Shown here: piece after piece, positions 63,991-64,000 of the stretch
How positions within the stretch are numbered: position 1 is the first letter of the stretch
Layout of the letters: each line of letters begins with the position of its first letter
IMG/VR virus record: IMGVR_UViG_3300043178_000087
Source of the DNA: a virus
Direction: 5' to 3' (one strand)
Length of the DNA: 64,000 bases
Position numbers and translations under genes: made by a program
Notes under the pieces: generated by a model
The model's database searches: none
Told to the model about the DNA's origin: nothing
The model's input: the letters and a program-made list of their open reading frames with translations, nothing else

Positions 63991-64000
63991 TGGGCTTTCT

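Noticed and set aside
1-64000. CRISPR array, tRNA, rRNA, reverse transcriptase/DGR, integrase, terminase, capsid
   Set aside because: No repeat-spacer array, T-loop/CCA cloverleaf or diagnostic protein motifs were seen by eye. A tRNAscan/HMM run would be needed to exclude them formally.

Overview
This window is a segment of a large, GC-rich tailed-phage (Caudoviricetes-like) genome. Essentially all real genes are on the + strand, and no capsid, terminase or integrase was recognised here. It has four blocks. (1) 1-20.4 kb: a dense glycan-modification locus with about 14 glycosyltransferase-like domains (GT2/GT-A, GT11, GT4, GT32, DUF616, DUF1792), 3 SAM methyltransferase domains and a HAD phosphatase, interleaved with Thr/Ser/Gly-rich fibre-like virion proteins. 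(2) 20.4-28.2 kb: further virion/fibre proteins, a permuted NlpC/P60 peptidase, lipoprotein/holin-like membrane proteins and a pseudo-receiver domain. (3) 28.2-48.7 kb: an accessory/early region built from promoter-bounded cassettes (TTGACAAA-N14-CATAAT, several leaderless). It contains a MoxR AAA + VWA/metallopeptidase pair, a truncated LAGLIDADG gene, a WGR-DNA ligase, a 2OG oxygenase, ClpS, a secreted CBM-like protein and three promoter-driven structured non-coding RNA candidates. (4) 48.7-64 kb: a replication module with an HTH initiator carrying internal iterons, a DnaC-like loader, DnaB, primase and an SF2 helicase (each of these three with a LAGLIDADG intein), an SSB-like protein, PolA and a MerR-like HTH protein. 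A 17-bp palindrome ACTGCA-N5-TGCAGT recurs six times across the window, four times at gene or transcript boundaries. All family calls come from motif recognition by eye; no database searches were run.
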